Source of the DNA: a virus
Taxonomy: Duplodnaviria; Caudoviricetes
Direction: 5' to 3' (one strand)
IMG/VR virus record: IMGVR_UViG_3300016486_001578
Length of the DNA: 64,000 bases
The notes below the pieces were generated by a model. The model was not told the DNA's origin. It searched no databases and saw only the letters and a list, made by a program, of their open reading frames with translations. The position numbers and the translations under genes were made by a program. Positions 60,548-64,000 of this stretch are shown here, piece after piece (positions within the stretch are counted from its first letter, which is position 1; every line of letters starts with the position of its first letter).

Positions 60548-61786
60548 TTATCCGAAAATATCTTCTGCGTCTGATATATCTGAAAATCCATTTGTCTCGT
60601 CTTCTTCGTCTTCTTCGATGGCTTTGTTGAAATTTTTCTCGACTTCTTCAATTTCATCGATTGATTTGAATCTGAAATAATCATTTACGATAGGTTCCAT
60701 TTTTTCTAAAACTTCTTGTGTGAATATTTCTGGTGTAAATAATTTTTTTAATGTGAATGATTTATCTAAATGTCTAACATACCATCTATTACCACCTGGT
60801 GTGAATGTAAATTCGCCTGTTTTTTTATCTACTAATGCTTTTCCTTTAGCAATTCCTATTTCTTCGAAAAACTCTGGTCTACAAAAAGCATCTAACCCAG
60901 TATATGCATTCATACCATTAGCAAATGATATATTAAATCTAATTTTTTTAGGCTTCGCTAATCTATTCTTTATTGTTTTAAACAATACACTAATTCCTGA
61001 TGATCCTAAATCCATATCATCTTCTTCTCCAGTTTTTAATTTAGATTTTGACATCATTCCTATTACTGATGAGGAATATAGAAGTCCGTTTCCTCCTTTC
61101 ATTACTGCTCTTGGAAATAAATCCATAGTTAAGTATGTATGGTTAGCTACTAATAATGGTATATCTAAAAATCCTAAGTCAGTGCTTATACTTCTAAATA
61201 GAGAACCAAATGCTTTAGCCTTCGTCATATCTTGTTTAACATCTCCTTTTAATAAATCCGCCTTTTCTTTATTGGATGCCATTTGTCCAAGTGAATCTAA
61301 AATAATCATTAATTTTGGTAATTCAAATCCGGACATTTTTTGGCTTTTTAAATCATCTATTAATTGTGATAATACCATATTTATATCTTCCACTTTATTA
61401 GATCTGATTAGTCTAAATTTATCGAGTGAATTATCAACTCCATATTTTGGTAAATCTTCCAAATCAATAGCTTGTTCTGTGTCTATGTATATTACCGAGT
61501 ATCCAGCTTTTTGTGCATGTTTGGCACAAGAATAGCACATAAATGATTTTCCTGCTCCGGACTCACCAGCAAATACACTAATTCTATTTGTTGCAACACC
61601 ACCTTTTAATAATCTACCGGACATTGCCGCATCGACTATATAAACTCCTGTTGTTATAAACTTCTTTTCTTTTATTTCCTTTTCTATTGTAATCGGTACT
61701 GATTTTGCAATATTATCCAATATTGTTCCGATTTTACTGAATTCGAATTTTTTATTTGCCTTAGTTGCTTTAGCTATTTTTGCCAT
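60548..61786 (-). CDS. uvsX: RecA/UvsX recombinase
   Basis: GESGAGKS, YIDTE, ILDSLG, NHTY and MKGG motifs; no intein. Confidence 0.92.
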   Translation of the reverse strand: MAKIAKATKANKKFEFSKIGTILDNIAKSVPITIEKEIKEKKFITTGVYIVDAAMSGRLLKGGVATNRISVFAGESGAGKSFMCYSCAKHAQKAGYSVIYIDTEQAIDLEDLPKYGVDNSLDKFRLIRSNKVEDINMVLSQLIDDLKSQKMSGFELPKLMIILDSLGQMASNKEKADLLKGDVKQDMTKAKAFGSLFRSISTDLGFLDIPLLVANHTYLTMDLFPRAVMKGGNGLLYSSSVIGMMSKSKLKTGEEDDMDLGSSGISVLFKTIKNRLAKPKKIRFNISFANGMNAYTGLDAFCRPEFFEEIGIAKGKALVDKKTGEFTFTPGGNRWYVRHLDKSFTLKKLFTPEIFTQEVLEKMEPIVNDYFRFKSIDEIEEVEKNFNKAIEEDEEDETNGFSDISDAEDIFG

Positions 61787-61888
61787 AGATTATTATTTCT
61801 TTTTACATATATATTAAGTTTTATTCCCCCCTTTCGATGTTAATTATTTAATCTTGAAAGGGGGTATAGATTTTTTATATATACCATA

Positions 61889-62605
61889 ATGACTAAAGTA
61901 GAATTCCTAAAAAGGGCAAGAAAAATACATGGATATAAGTATTATTATGTTGATTTGGTTGATAAAATAATATTAAAAGACACCATTAGTATGGTATTTG
62001 GTGGTGATTTATTCACACAGCGAGTATCTAAGCACCTTATGGGCAAATGTCCTGAGAAATCTATTAAAAAGAAGACAACCGAATCTTTTATAAAAGAATC
62101 CATATCAATATGGGGTGATAAATATGATTATTCTATTACTGAATATAATGGTTCTTTGAATAATGTTGAAATTATATACAAGGGAGTAAAATATAAACAA
62201 CGAGCTTCATCACATCTATTGGGTATGGCTCCGGAGTTTAGAAAAACCGATGAATCAAGGAGATATGATAAGATAAAAATATTTAATGAAGTCGGATATG
62301 AAGAAATAGAAGGATTCTTGAATAAGTATAATATTAATTATAAAAAGAAATTTAAAATCGACAAAATTGAATTTGATTATTATTTAATCGATAATAGAAC
62401 AATAATAGAATTTAGAGGAAGGCACCATTTTGAGCCTATTGATAATTTAGGAGGTACAAAAACATTGAGTGATATAAAGAAGTTAGATTTAGAAAAAGAA
62501 GAATGTTGTGAAGATAATTACTTGAATTTAATAAAAATTAAATATGATCAAATCGATTATGTTTATGGTATATTGTGGGATAATTTGAAAAAATTCTACA
62601 AATAA
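61889..62605 (+). CDS. Vsr/DUF559-like endonuclease (homing-type)
   Basis: Two helical repeats ending HLxG; FDYY...IIEFRGRHHF. Confidence 0.7.
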   Translation: MTKVEFLKRARKIHGYKYYYVDLVDKIILKDTISMVFGGDLFTQRVSKHLMGKCPEKSIKKKTTESFIKESISIWGDKYDYSITEYNGSLNNVEIIYKGVKYKQRASSHLLGMAPEFRKTDESRRYDKIKIFNEVGYEEIEGFLNKYNINYKKKFKIDKIEFDYYLIDNRTIIEFRGRHHFEPIDNLGGTKTLSDIKKLDLEKEECCEDNYLNLIKIKYDQIDYVYGILWDNLKKFYK

Positions 62606-62845
62606 TTATCCAAATCCAAAAAAAGAATGATCATCAGGATCTGTATTTTCTTTAATTTGTTTTATTTCTTTTTCGCTTAAATTATGTATTGCCCATTTTG
62701 CTCCATTTATGAAAGCACTTTGTTTTGTAAATGTTCCAAAATTTCTCATACTATATGCCGCGTTGCTTATTTTCAAGTTAATTTCCTTTGTTAGGTCTTC
62801 TTTTATTAGGCTAACTTCTTGGTTATATTTCTTTATATGTTTCAT
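62606..62845 (-). CDS. Hypothetical protein with MKHIKKYN N-terminus
   Basis: ORF track. Confidence 0.5.
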   Translation of the reverse strand: MKHIKKYNQEVSLIKEDLTKEINLKISNAAYSMRNFGTFTKQSAFINGAKWAIHNLSEKEIKQIKENTDPDDHSFFGFG

Positions 62846-62858
62846 TTTTTTTTTCTAT

Positions 62859-63437
62859 TTAAATTTTATTATCAATATATTCTTTTAATTTTAATAACAT
62901 ATAATCTGTTATTAAATCCCCAGTTACCAAGGAATCTATAAATTTATAATCAACCTTTACTGATTTGCTCATTTTTTCCGCCTTTGATCCACCGCCTTTG
63001 GATATTACTTCGTGATAATCTCCCTCGTTTAGTGGTATTATAAATGGATGGTATTTATTTACATGGCCTTTGCTTATAAATAATGGTTTTAGTCTGTATT
63101 CTAAAACATAATCTTCTTTTATTACTACACCAGCCTCTTCCTCTATCTCTCTAAATAATGCTCTTTCTACTTCCTCACCATCTTCGACTCCACCACTCAA
63201 AACAGTTACCCAATATTCTCTATCTTCTACATATTTAAATGTTGGTATGTATTCATATCTTATTAAAAATTGATTAGACTCTATGAAGTATAATATACAA
63301 ACAATCATATCTTTCTCTTTAGAAATTGTCCAATCTTCGAAATTTATTATTTCCATATAATCATTTGAAAATATAACTTCACCCTTCTCTTTCTTTTTGT
63401 TAGTATCTTTTGGTTTTAACTTAGAGAACTTATCCAT
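62859..63437 (-). CDS. Nudix hydrolase
   Basis: Nudix box SGGVEDGEEVERALFREIEEEAG. Confidence 0.85.
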   Translation of the reverse strand: MDKFSKLKPKDTNKKKEKGEVIFSNDYMEIINFEDWTISKEKDMIVCILYFIESNQFLIRYEYIPTFKYVEDREYWVTVLSGGVEDGEEVERALFREIEEEAGVVIKEDYVLEYRLKPLFISKGHVNKYHPFIIPLNEGDYHEVISKGGGSKAEKMSKSVKVDYKFIDSLVTGDLITDYMLLKLKEYIDNKI

Positions 63438-63517
63438 CTTTTTAAATATTTTATTTAAGTTATATATTAATATTTAATATCTTAAAAACAAATAGTGATT
63501 GGTGCGTTATAATTTAA

Positions 63518-64000
63518 GTGATTGATATTTTTGATAAGAAAAAATAGACAAAGAATTTATAGTTTGTCATTCTGGTGGGGCCGTTGGTTCTGATTCTTTT
63601 TGGGAATCAGAGGGAGCAAAATATGGAATAAAAACAAAAGCCTATTCATATAAAACAAAAATACACAACTCTATTAATAAAGTAGAGATATCAAGAGATG
63701 ATTATTTAGAGGGAATTAATGAGGTTAAATTGGCCAATAGAGTACTTTGTAGATATGGAATAGATAAATATATGAATCTGTTAGCTAGAAATTGGGCACA
63801 AGTTAAGTATTCTGATAAACTATTTGCAATTGGTTATATTATAAATCCTGGTGAGAAAAATAAAAGAGGTTACTATAATAAGAGCGAATTTCAATCCATT
63901 GATGGAGGCACGGCATATGCTTTCAGAATGGCTATAAATAATAATAAACCTGTTTATGTATTTGACCAGGGATCAAATAGTTGGTTTAGGTGGTCATATG
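63518..64000 (+). CDS. SLOG-family (DprA/YspA-like) protein, 3' partial, probable frameshift near 63540
   Basis: CHSGGAVGSD, ARN and GGTAYA motifs in the frame starting at 63541. Confidence 0.65.

Noticed and set aside
60720-61535. Long antisense ORFs (this one, also 15771-16235, 21994-22803, 47358-47945, 26705-27064)
   Set aside because: They are shadows of well-supported genes on the opposite strand, with no motifs of their own.
60548-61786. Intein in UvsX
   Set aside because: Walker A GKS and the downstream motifs are contiguous.

Overview
AT-rich segment of a very large T4-like (jumbo) phage genome in the standard genetic code. The host is probably a Bacteroidetes (TTTG-N20-TAnnTTTG promoters, A-rich starts without Shine-Dalgarno). 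It encodes replication and nucleotide-metabolism genes (N-terminal half of a family-B DNA polymerase, gp41/DnaB helicase, DinG-like helicase, NrdA, ThyA, UvsX, a RuvC-like nuclease), many homing-type endonucleases, virion-like proteins and three tandem LRR-repeat paralogs. The most notable element is a translation-sensing module at 13.5-16.3 kb. A Leu/Arg-codon leader peptide with terminator and antiterminator precedes an array made only of Leu and Arg tRNAs, some with non-canonical structure. A second poly-Leu attenuator precedes a minimal LeuRS that lacks the editing and C-terminal domains. Three genes are fractured by four naturally split inteins: one has a 37-aa IntN and one has Gly at +1. 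nrdA also carries a group I intron 9 nt after an intein junction. Several single-base frameshifts in A-runs and a few abrupt junctions suggest sequencing or assembly error, so pseudogene calls are tentative. All calls come from reading motifs by eye; no searches were run.
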